64,000 bases of DNA from contig OZ241986.1 of assembly GCA_965204375.1 (NCBI GenBank), forward strand, positions 3,136,001-3,200,000. Reading direction: 5' to 3'. The notes under the pieces are model-generated. The model saw only the letters and a program-made list of their open reading frames with translations, was not told where the DNA came from and searched no databases. The translations under genes and the position numbers were made by a program. Of the stretch, positions 41,928-50,500 are shown one piece after another (within the stretch, counting starts at the first letter, position 1; the number at the start of each line of letters is the position of its first letter). This DNA comes from Candidatus Latescibacterota bacterium (GTDB lineage: Bacteria; Latescibacterota; UBA2968).

Positions 41928-44816
41928 TTAGAAGCTGAGCGCGAGTCCGAAGCGAACCTGCCGCGGCGTGCCAAAGTTGAATGGGCTTTTCTCTTTGAGC
42001 TTGTATTTGTCTTCGCCCAGTTGACCAAAGCGCTCCACAAATTTGCGGCCTTCGTCTGTATTCAACCAGCCCGAAGTCATTGGGCTACCCGTGCTCGAAT
42101 ACACGGGGCTGGTCGCGTTGGCGCGATTGAACAAATTGAGCACCCAGACGTATATGTCGCCCTGAAGCCCTATAATTTTGAAACGCTTATTCGCCTTCAC
42201 ATCGGTCCTGAATGTCCAGGGACCATAGCTGGAATTCACCGGTCCCGAAGGACGTGACGCCGAAGCCCCTGTGGTCACTTCATTAAACGTGAACGTGGGC
42301 GTATAGGGGAACCCACTCCCGGCTTCGAACAACACATTGATCCCTGCATTGGACAGCGGCTGACCACCCAAGAACCTCGGCCCATCTTTATCGACAAAGC
42401 GATAGTCGATCGATGCCGAAATTTTGTGGCGTTGATCAAAGTCGAGTGGTGAGGTCGATTTGGGCGGCTCGGTCACGCCGGGTTGGAAGCCCCAGGCGAT
42501 CCGCCGCTGAGTTTGTGGGGTTGATCCCGTGCCCGTCGCATAAGCCAGAGAATAAGACAAGCGTGCTGTTGTGCGCCCTATGCGACGCATGAGCAAACCA
42601 AAGTCCAGCCCCTTGATGGTTCCGTAGTCATTGTTGCGGAACGAGGAAAAGGCCGTGGGATCAGACGGAATTGTCGACACCTGAACGAGATTTTCCACGG
42701 CTTTGTAATACGCCGTCACATCAACACTGGCATGACCGCCCACCTGCTGCACCACACCCACTTCGTAAGCCGTGGTTTTTTCCGGCCTGAGATTCGGATT
42801 GCCAAAGGCGTAATAATATCCCCCCAGTGGCACTTTATATTCCAGATAATCCAGACCAACATACAGGTCTTCCAGCTTGGGTTGCTGGTAAAAAATGCCG
42901 TAGTTCATGTGGAACACGGTCTTATCTGTAACGGGAAACCCAACACCCAGGCGCGGGCTGAGCTTGTGATACACGCTATTGCCAGCCAGATCCGACGGAT
43001 CCAGCGTGGAATCGCCACCCAGTGGCACGCCTTCATTGGCGAGCACATCGGTACTCGCATTCAAATAATCGTACCGAACCCCCGCGTTGATAATCAACCC
43101 ATCGTATTCCATCTTGTCCTGCACGTAAAAAGAGGCCAAAATAGGCTCTTTTAGCGCATCGCGGGTCGAATCCAGAGGCTCGACTACCTGACCATTCCAG
43201 TTGTAATCATACCCGTAGCGATCTACATCCTGAAAGCCACCCCTGTCGTCTGTACTAACGAATGGACCGCGAAAGAGCAAAATGGGGGTCAGGTGCCGAT
43301 AATAACGCAACCGATGCATCTGCACATCAAAACCGAGCTTAAACTGGTGATTGCGGCTGATCTGGCTGGTCAAATCGAAGTCGATAGGCGTGAGATAAAA
43401 TGAGCTGGTTTGCTCAAAGTCATCATACACGCGCCCTTCATCGCCTTCAAAATACGTTATAGAGCGATCATTGATGGTTTCCGTTGTCCGCGTAATCTCG
43501 GTGGAATCCACATCGCCGCGAGCAAACAAACTTTCCGCGTCAAAACGCGAATTGCCCTGGGGACGGGCATAGTCGTGCAAATTGTCGAAATGAACCCCGT
43601 CGCCCGCCTTAAAATTCTGGTCGAACAGACTTGTTTGCAAAGTAAAAAAGGTCTTTGCACCGAGCGTATAGGTCACGCGGGCAAATGCCGAGTTGTTATT
43701 TCTTTTGACACGCGGCGCATGCCGCAAATTATAGCGATATGTGTGACTATAGCTCAAGCGATCCGTTTTTGAACCTACAATCCCGGCTTTCAGACCGATT
43801 TCGTCGGACAACCGATACGCCAGCTTGGCCTGCCAGCCCCATCTTTCGAGCGTATAATGCGGCAATATGCCCTCGCTGAGCAAATCGTACTCTTCCTGTG
43901 ACAACAAATCTTTTTCCCACTCGTGGGCTTCCACCCCCCAGCGCGGGCTGCGGTCGAGGCGATCGATGTATTCTCCGGAGACAAAAAACGAAGGCCCGTT
44001 CGTCCCGGGAACGAGCGGACCACCAAATGTCGCATCGGTGGTATTATACCCGTAAGAAGGCGCACCGGCCCAACTGCGGTCATTCATCTCATCGGTGATG
44101 TATTCCACAGACCCCGAATAATTCTGCCCGCCTTCGCGCGTCACCACCTTGACAACGCCCGACATCACGCGCCCATACTCCGCTTCAAATCCACCCACAA
44201 TCACAGATACTTGATCAATAGCGCCATTGCTCAGGGTCGTGGTCGATGAGCCGAATTGCAAATCCTTCTGCGATACCCCATCGACGATGTAGTCAACTTC
44301 GGAAAACCGCCCACCGCGTATGTAAAGCGCACCGTTTCGGTTCGTCACGCCCGCCTGCAAGGACGTGGCCGCTGCATATCCGCGAACGGGCATATACTCG
44401 AGTTCTTCGCTGGTTACGAGGCGCATCGAACTGGTTTTGTCTTTCTGCACCAGCGGGCGCACCGCCACCACTTCGATGGCTTCGGCTTCCAGAGCCTGTT
44501 CTGCGAGCACAAAATCAACTTCGGTGGTCAAATCGGGCAACACCTTGATGCCCTTGAGCACCACGTCTTGATACCCGATAAAACTGCATTTTACGTCATA
44601 CGTGCCTGCCGGCACATTCAAAATCACAAAATTACCTTCGGGATCGGATGTCGCACCAAAGACGCTGTGCAGGCCCAGAACCACCACATTGGCACCGGGC
44701 AATCCACCACCGTCGTCTTTATCGACAATCTGACCCGCAATTTTACCCGTCACCCCGGCCATCGCCGATGCGGATAAAAACGACATCGCAACAAATGCGA
44801 TTATCCATCTCGTCAT
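41928..44816 (-). CDS. TonB-dependent receptor
   Basis: GVTGKIAG N-domain, IRGGR..EV.Y.VDG plug, GGF.AEYG..MSGVV; ends PRQVRFGLALSF. Confidence 0.93.
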   Translation of the reverse strand: MTRWIIAFVAMSFLSASAMAGVTGKIAGQIVDKDDGGGLPGANVVVLGLHSVFGATSDPEGNFVILNVPAGTYDVKCSFIGYQDVVLKGIKVLPDLTTEVDFVLAEQALEAEAIEVVAVRPLVQKDKTSSMRLVTSEELEYMPVRGYAAATSLQAGVTNRNGALYIRGGRFSEVDYIVDGVSQKDLQFGSSTTTLSNGAIDQVSVIVGGFEAEYGRVMSGVVKVVTREGGQNYSGSVEYITDEMNDRSWAGAPSYGYNTTDATFGGPLVPGTNGPSFFVSGEYIDRLDRSPRWGVEAHEWEKDLLSQEEYDLLSEGILPHYTLERWGWQAKLAYRLSDEIGLKAGIVGSKTDRLSYSHTYRYNLRHAPRVKRNNNSAFARVTYTLGAKTFFTLQTSLFDQNFKAGDGVHFDNLHDYARPQGNSRFDAESLFARGDVDSTEITRTTETINDRSITYFEGDEGRVYDDFEQTSSFYLTPIDFDLTSQISRNHQFKLGFDVQMHRLRYYRHLTPILLFRGPFVSTDDRGGFQDVDRYGYDYNWNGQVVEPLDSTRDALKEPILASFYVQDKMEYDGLIINAGVRYDYLNASTDVLANEGVPLGGDSTLDPSDLAGNSVYHKLSPRLGVGFPVTDKTVFHMNYGIFYQQPKLEDLYVGLDYLEYKVPLGGYYYAFGNPNLRPEKTTAYEVGVVQQVGGHASVDVTAYYKAVENLVQVSTIPSDPTAFSSFRNNDYGTIKGLDFGLLMRRIGRTTARLSYSLAYATGTGSTPQTQRRIAWGFQPGVTEPPKSTSPLDFDQRHKISASIDYRFVDKDGPRFLGGQPLSNAGINVLFEAGSGFPYTPTFTFNEVTTGASASRPSGPVNSSYGPWTFRTDVKANKRFKIIGLQGDIYVWVLNLFNRANATSPVYSSTGSPMTSGWLNTDEGRKFVERFGQLGEDKYKLKEKSPFNFGTPRQVRFGLALSF

Positions 44817-44959
44817 GGTTAACTCCCTTCTGAAATAATTTCGAAAACCAGACTTAAAAGATGCTTGTGCACCTCTGTCGTCTCCCCTCACGTAAACCGT
44901 TCTCAGCTATATCGCTACTACATCACCTCCTTGTTCTCCCCCGACAATAAGCCATTTGC

Positions 44960-46054
44960 TTATCGCACCGATGACAGCGACATACCTTGATGAATGGGCT
45001 TTCCCTGTGACCGGCGCACCTGAATGAGTTCGGAAACAATACTCACGGCGATTTCTTCGGGTGTATCTGCACCGATATCCAATCCAATCGGCGCATGCAC
45101 AACATCCAATTTTTCTCGCGGGATGCCTTTGGCTTCAAATTCTTTCCACATCAGCGCGATCTTCCGACGGCTGCCAATCATACCAACATACGCCGCCTGG
45201 GTATCAATCGCCTGCTCAATGACCGGTTTGTCGTGCTGATGCCCGCGCGTCACAGCCACCACATAAGACAAATCGTCAATAACCAGATGGTCAAAAGCCG
45301 TCTCCATCTCCAGCGTCAGCGTTTCACTCGCCATGGGAAACCGCTCTTTATTGGCAAACATGGGCCGGTCGTCAATAACCACAATTCGAAACCCGACCGA
45401 ATGCGCGATCTGCGCGATAGCAAAAGAGACATGCCCCCCGCCAAACAAAAACAGCGTGGGCTCGGGACAAATAGATTCCAAAAAGACCACAACGGGTTCT
45501 GAGCCGATATTTATGACCTTGAGCAAACTTTCCGGAATCGCCTCAAAAGCTGCCACTTCTTCGCGCACACAGGCTTCGGCAAGGGCATGGCCCAGACTAC
45601 CCACTGTTCTACCATCGGGATGGACCAATAACTTCGCACCCACCTGATCGCCGCCCGAAACCAGCGTTGCCAACACAGCCGAACCGCGCACTTTGCGAAC
45701 CCGAGCAATCTCGGCGAGCATATCATCTGCGCGATCGGGCAGTAGAGGCTCGGTAAAAATCTCGACATTACCGCCGCAATTGAGGCCATTTTCGCCCGCG
45801 TGTTTTTCCGTCAAAATAAACTTCTGCAAAGTCGGTGCTTCGGTTTCCATCACATGACGGGCTTCGGCCCACACATCGGCTTCCAAACAACCGCCACCCA
45901 CCGTACCTATAATCACGCCATCGGGACGCACGAGCATCTTGGCCTTTTTGCTCATCGGCAAAGATCCCTTGCTCGACACAATCGTCGATAAGGCGGCCTT
46001 TTCACCCTGAGAAACCAGGGTCAAAGCCTCTTGAAAAACATCTTGACCAGCCAT
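44960..46054 (-). CDS. XdhC/CoxI family molybdoenzyme maturation protein
   Basis: GTVGGGCLE, CGG, VTRGH, YVGMIGSRRK, APIGLDIGA.TPEEIA. Confidence 0.92.
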   Translation of the reverse strand: MAGQDVFQEALTLVSQGEKAALSTIVSSKGSLPMSKKAKMLVRPDGVIIGTVGGGCLEADVWAEARHVMETEAPTLQKFILTEKHAGENGLNCGGNVEIFTEPLLPDRADDMLAEIARVRKVRGSAVLATLVSGGDQVGAKLLVHPDGRTVGSLGHALAEACVREEVAAFEAIPESLLKVINIGSEPVVVFLESICPEPTLFLFGGGHVSFAIAQIAHSVGFRIVVIDDRPMFANKERFPMASETLTLEMETAFDHLVIDDLSYVVAVTRGHQHDKPVIEQAIDTQAAYVGMIGSRRKIALMWKEFEAKGIPREKLDVVHAPIGLDIGADTPEEIAVSIVSELIQVRRSQGKPIHQGMSLSSVR

Positions 46055-46063
46055 AACATCCCC

Positions 46064-47200
46064 CTACTTCCAAACAGACCGCAGTGTTCGGGCCAATTGA
46101 ATCAAACTCTCCAGATTGTGTGCGGGCAAAAAATAATCCAGATATGGAAGTGCTGTCTTCATCCCCAAACACAGGGGCTGATACCCCGGCGTGCCCAAAA
46201 GTGGATTGAGCCACATCAACTTATGCACGCGCTTTCGCAATCGCGCCATCTCTTGCCGCATCAAATCGGGATCGCCCCGGTCCCAGCCATCGCTCACAAT
46301 AATCATCACAGTGCGCGAGTGCAACATATCGCGCGCAAACTGGTCGTTAAACTCTCGCAAACACCCGCCAATATCTGTGCCACCCGCCCAGTCGTGTACT
46401 GTATCAGCCACTTCCACAAGCGATTCTTCAATACCTTTTGTTTTGAGCAAACGCGAAATTGCGGTCATCCGCGTGGAAAACACCCCGACCTCTACATCTC
46501 GGATTTCGCGCTTGAGCGCGTAGATAAAGCGAATCAGAAACCGGCTATAACAATCCATAGACCCGCTCACATCACACAACAACATCAGCTTGGTCTTTTT
46601 GATGCGCCGCCGCTTCATCATCAATTCGACACCATCAGAACCATACAGCGCATTGCGCCGCCATGTACGCCTGAAATCCAGTTCAGCCCCCCGATTTTCG
46701 GGCACGCGTCTGCGACTGCGGCGATTGGCAATAATATTCACAATCTCGTGGATCACCTTTCGAGCCTGCTCAATCTCGCGATCGGACATTGCGGCCAAAT
46801 CTTTTCCCATCAAAGCCTCATCGGGGCTATACCCAACTTCCTCGGATTCACCCTCCCCTTCGGCCTCTTCCTGCAAATCTGCGGTATCCACCACCTCATT
46901 GACATCTGCCTGAACATCGAGATCCGGGTCTCCGCCGGCATCCGTATCGGTCAGCGTCATATCGTCGGGCAAAATCGGCCGCGCCCAGAAAGCCCTGAAA
47001 ACCTCGTCAAAAGTCTCCAGATCGTCGTAGCGCGACACCAGTGTCGCACGCGCAGCAGCGTAAAAATCGCTCCGATTGTGCAGGTTGATATATCGAAAAC
47101 TGTCGCACAAATCAATGAGATTGCCCGCATTGACTTCAACGCCTGCACTGTGCAAAGCCCTTGAAAAACCGACAACTCGTCCCAGCATAGTTCCTGGCAT
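46064..47200 (-). CDS. CoxE-like VWA domain protein
   Basis: DVSGSM, WAGGTDIG, SDGWDRG, WLNPL. Confidence 0.9.
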   Translation of the reverse strand: MPGTMLGRVVGFSRALHSAGVEVNAGNLIDLCDSFRYINLHNRSDFYAAARATLVSRYDDLETFDEVFRAFWARPILPDDMTLTDTDAGGDPDLDVQADVNEVVDTADLQEEAEGEGESEEVGYSPDEALMGKDLAAMSDREIEQARKVIHEIVNIIANRRSRRRVPENRGAELDFRRTWRRNALYGSDGVELMMKRRRIKKTKLMLLCDVSGSMDCYSRFLIRFIYALKREIRDVEVGVFSTRMTAISRLLKTKGIEESLVEVADTVHDWAGGTDIGGCLREFNDQFARDMLHSRTVMIIVSDGWDRGDPDLMRQEMARLRKRVHKLMWLNPLLGTPGYQPLCLGMKTALPYLDYFLPAHNLESLIQLARTLRSVWK

Positions 47201-47208
47201 ATGATCTC

Positions 47209-48120
47209 CTAAACGGCAACTTGTGTGCGTTCTTTCAGCAATCGGGCCTTCTCAATCAGTTGTGGCAGGCCATCTTCCTGAATTTTTTCAATATCTTCTT
47301 TATACTTCAACACGCATCCCAATGTCGCATCAACCGTCTGCGGGTCCAATTCTTCAACTCGCATAGCCATTAAAGCCAGTGCCCAATCAATCGTTTCGGC
47401 AACACCGGGTTTTTTGTAAAAATCGCGATTGCGCAACAGTTGCATAAATCCACAAACCTGTTGTGCCAATTCGTCCTGCACACCCGACACACGCGACCGC
47501 ACAATATCCATTTCTTTGCTAAACGAGGGATAATCAATCCACAAATACAAACACCGGCGCTTCAGTGCGTCGTGCAACTCGCGCGTGCGGTTGGACGTAA
47601 GCACGACAAACGGCACCTGCATCGCTCTTATCGCACCAATCTCGGGAATCGTAATCTGAAAATCGGACAACACTTCGAGCAAAAACGCTTCAAACTCTTC
47701 ATCCGATCGATCCACTTCGTCAATCAACAACACCTGTTGCTTTTCTGCGCTACCCTCAAGAGCCGACAAAAGGGGACGCTTGAGCAAAAAATCTTCGCGA
47801 AAAATATTTTGACCAATTTCGGCCTTGTCGATTCCTCGCGCTTCTTCGAGCCTTAGCTCCAGCATCTGGCGCGGATAATTCCATTCGTACAATGCCGTAT
47901 TTGCATCAATGCCCTCGTAGCATTGCAATCGAATCAACTCAGTATCAAAAATACCGGCCATAACTTTGGCCACTTCTGTCTTTCCAACGCCTGGTTCCCC
48001 CTCCAGAAAAATTGGTTTGCCAAGAGACTGCGCCAAAAAAATCGTCGTTGCCAATGTGCGGTCCGTGATATACCCCTGCTCGGCAAACCGCTCTTCAACA
48101 TCTTCAATAGAATTCAGCAT
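47209..48120 (-). CDS. CoxD-like MoxR AAA+ ATPase
   Basis: GEPGVGKT, RLQCYEG, LIDEVDR, HDALKRRC. Confidence 0.92.
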   Translation of the reverse strand: MLNSIEDVEERFAEQGYITDRTLATTIFLAQSLGKPIFLEGEPGVGKTEVAKVMAGIFDTELIRLQCYEGIDANTALYEWNYPRQMLELRLEEARGIDKAEIGQNIFREDFLLKRPLLSALEGSAEKQQVLLIDEVDRSDEEFEAFLLEVLSDFQITIPEIGAIRAMQVPFVVLTSNRTRELHDALKRRCLYLWIDYPSFSKEMDIVRSRVSGVQDELAQQVCGFMQLLRNRDFYKKPGVAETIDWALALMAMRVEELDPQTVDATLGCVLKYKEDIEKIQEDGLPQLIEKARLLKERTQVAV

Positions 48121-48653
48121 AATAACCTTTCTTTTGCGTACATTTCGCCGTACTGCGCCACCCAAATTTGCAATGCCTCTCTGGTCGTATCAAAAGCCAG
48201 ATCATTCCAGGGAATATCCTGGGGGGCAAATGTAGCTACAGCCTGCGATTCAAAATTGCCTTCCAACTTTCCGCCCACAACCCGCCCAGTATAAACAATC
48301 AGCACCACCCGTTCCCCTTCATAAGACAACACGCCGAGCAACTCGCCGATCTCAACATCTAACCCCACTTCCTCGCGGGTTTCGCGCACAGCCGCGACAT
48401 CGGTTGGCTCGCCTGCATCCACATATCCGCCGGGGAACACCCACTTGCCAAACCCGGGATCAATATTGCGCTTGAGCAAGACAACGCCACCATCGAGAGT
48501 TACAATAACCCCGGCTGCTACTTTGGGGTCGAGATAAGCCACAAATCCACACGACGGACAACACGGTCTCTCCCGATCTTCAACTGCTTTTACAACCAGC
48601 AAAGTCCCACAGCGCTCGCAAAACCGGGCTTCGGATTTTATGCAATTGGGCAA
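48114..48653 (-). CDS. NUDIX hydrolase with N-terminal Zn ribbon
   Basis: FCERCG...CPSCG; Nudix box GGYVDAGE...AAVRETREEVG. Confidence 0.9.
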   Translation of the reverse strand: MPNCIKSEARFCERCGTLLVVKAVEDRERPCCPSCGFVAYLDPKVAAGVIVTLDGGVVLLKRNIDPGFGKWVFPGGYVDAGEPTDVAAVRETREEVGLDVEIGELLGVLSYEGERVVLIVYTGRVVGGKLEGNFESQAVATFAPQDIPWNDLAFDTTREALQIWVAQYGEMYAKERLLC

Positions 48654-48739
48654 AGGGATTAACCACCTTATTTCTTATTAATACTAAATAGTAGTATGTT
48701 CAAAGGGTAAAATACATAGGGATGTGTTTTGGGTCAACG

Positions 48740-48802
48740 AAAAAGCCCCGAATTTGAATTCGGGGCAAAAAAAATGGGAACCGGGTCGCGGGCCGGTTCC
48801 CA
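48740..48802 (-). terminator. Tandem intrinsic terminators
   Basis: TGGGAACCGG/CCGGTTCCCA plus T8, then GCCCCGAAT/ATTCGGGGC plus T5 on the minus strand. Confidence 0.85.
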
Positions 48803-48821
48803 AGAGGGAGAATACGTCGTG
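48767..48821 (-). ncRNA. Candidate phosphate-regulated small RNA
   Basis: Pho-box-like array and -10 (TATACT/TATTAT) upstream; contains TTCTCCCTCT; ends in a terminator. Inferred only. Confidence 0.4.
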
Positions 48822-48845
48822 CTTGGAGTATAATATCATCGCCGC

Positions 48846-48884
48846 GTTACAATCGCGTGTCATTTACGCGACAAAACCGTTAAT
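48846..48884 (-). promoter_or_regulatory. Pho-box-like 11-bp direct repeat array (4 units)
   Basis: Plus-strand GTTACA 48846, GTGTCA 48857, GCGACA 48868, GTTAAT 48879. Confidence 0.6.
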
Positions 48885-49561
48885 TATTCGCCCTCCCGCA
48901 ATTCCTCCTGTTGATGTCTCACAATGCGACCTTGCACGAGATAGACGACATTTTCGGCAATATTGGATGAATGATCGCCAATGCGCTCCAGATGCCGGGA
49001 CACGAGAATAAGCAAAATAGCCTGATCTACAGTTGAGGGAATACCCGTGTTTAAGTACGTCAACAACTCGCGGAAAATTTGATCGCGCAAGGCATCCATA
49101 GTATCGTCAATGCGGCGCACCTTATTGGCCAATTCCACATCGCGATTGACAAAAGCATCCAGAGCATCCCTGACCATGCCTCTTGCCAAATCGGCCATCC
49201 GCGGAATATCGATCAGCGGTTTCAATTGCGGCATCTGATTGAGCAAACGGGCGCGCTGCGCGATATTCACCGCCTGATCATTGATGCGCTCGAGATCGTA
49301 ATTAATCTTAATAATACTCGCCACCAGGCGCAAATCGCCAGCCACGGGTTGCTGCACAGCCAACACCCTCAAACACTCTTCTTCTATCGCCACTTCCCAA
49401 TCGTCGATGTGATGCCCACCTTCTTCAACCACATCGGCGAGGTGGTTGTCGCGTTCTACAAGTGATTGTACTGCCTGTTCAATCGACTCTTCCACCGCAC
49501 TGCCCATCTTCAACAACTCACCTTTGAGGTGGTCGAGATGCTGGTCAAGGGTACGCTCCAT
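48884..49561 (-). CDS. phoU: Phosphate signalling protein PhoU
   Basis: QPVAGDLR, DLERI.D, RHLERIGDH..NIAE. Confidence 0.96.
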   Translation of the reverse strand: MERTLDQHLDHLKGELLKMGSAVEESIEQAVQSLVERDNHLADVVEEGGHHIDDWEVAIEEECLRVLAVQQPVAGDLRLVASIIKINYDLERINDQAVNIAQRARLLNQMPQLKPLIDIPRMADLARGMVRDALDAFVNRDVELANKVRRIDDTMDALRDQIFRELLTYLNTGIPSTVDQAILLILVSRHLERIGDHSSNIAENVVYLVQGRIVRHQQEELREGE

Positions 49562-49578
49562 AATAATCACCCCGGTTA

Positions 49579-50388
49579 TTAGCCAAATCGCCCCGTCACA
49601 TAATCTTCGGTTTGTTTGAGTTGCGGATTGGTAAACATCTCGCTCGTTTCGGCCATCTCAATCAAACGTCCCAAATAGAAAAACGCCGTATAATCCGAAA
49701 TGCGCGATGCCTGCTGCATATTGTGTGTTACAATCACAATAGTATATTGCTTTTTGAGATCTTCAATCGTCTCTTCAATACGCCCTGTCGCAATTGGATC
49801 CAGTGCCGAACAGGGTTCATCCATCAAGATTACCGAAGGCTCAACAGCAATTGCACGCGCAATGCACAACCTCTGCTGCTGGCCTCCCGAAAGACCCAGA
49901 GCACTGTCATCAAGTCGGTCTTTTACTTCATCCCAAAGCGCGGCAGCTTGCAAACTGCGTTCCACGACTTCATCGAGTACCGCCCGCCGATTCTCACCTG
50001 CAATCCTCAAACCGTAAACAAGATTCTCGTAAATCGACTTGGGAAAGGGATTGGACTTTTGAAACACCATACCGACCTGGCGGCGCAGCGAAATCACATC
50101 GTATCCGGGGCCGTAAATATCGTCATTATCAATTTCAACCACACCCTCAATACGCACCGAATCGATCAAATCGTTCAGCCGATTCATGCACCGCAAGAGC
50201 GTTGACTTCCCGCATCCGGAAGGACCTATAAGAGCCGTCACCCGATGCTCGGGGATCTGCATGTCAATGTCAAAAAGGGCCTGCGTCTCGCCGTAATACA
50301 GGCTCAGATTCGATACAGTGACAATGGGATCCTGAATATCTGGAACAATTGTTTCGGACCGTGTATTTGCAAGTTCTGCTTCAGCCAT
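49579..50388 (-). CDS. pstB: Phosphate ABC transporter ATPase
   Basis: [43 protein letters not shown]. Confidence 0.97.
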   Translation of the reverse strand: MAEAELANTRSETIVPDIQDPIVTVSNLSLYYGETQALFDIDMQIPEHRVTALIGPSGCGKSTLLRCMNRLNDLIDSVRIEGVVEIDNDDIYGPGYDVISLRRQVGMVFQKSNPFPKSIYENLVYGLRIAGENRRAVLDEVVERSLQAAALWDEVKDRLDDSALGLSGGQQQRLCIARAIAVEPSVILMDEPCSALDPIATGRIEETIEDLKKQYTIVIVTHNMQQASRISDYTAFFYLGRLIEMAETSEMFTNPQLKQTEDYVTGRFG

Positions 50389-50402
50389 CGTGATTCCTTA
50401 GA

Positions 50403-50494
50403 TCAGTAGCCAGTTGTCAGTTGTCAGTTGTCAGCCCGCCCAGCCCCTCTTTATTTTTCTGCATTCATCTGCGTCATCTGCGTCATCTGCGGAT
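50403..50494. repeat. Composite short-tandem-repeat element
   Basis: (TCAGTTG)n, CCGCCCAGCCCCTC, (CATCTGCGT)n, ATCTGCGGAT. Confidence 0.75.
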
Positions 50495-50500
50495 CACACT

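Noticed and set aside
44922-44932. 16S rRNA 3' fragment (ATCACCTCCTT)
   Set aside because: Only 11 nt match and the flanks do not resemble rRNA.
48724-49011. 95-aa plus-strand ORF
   Set aside because: It spans terminator hairpins and is antisense to phoU, with no coding features.
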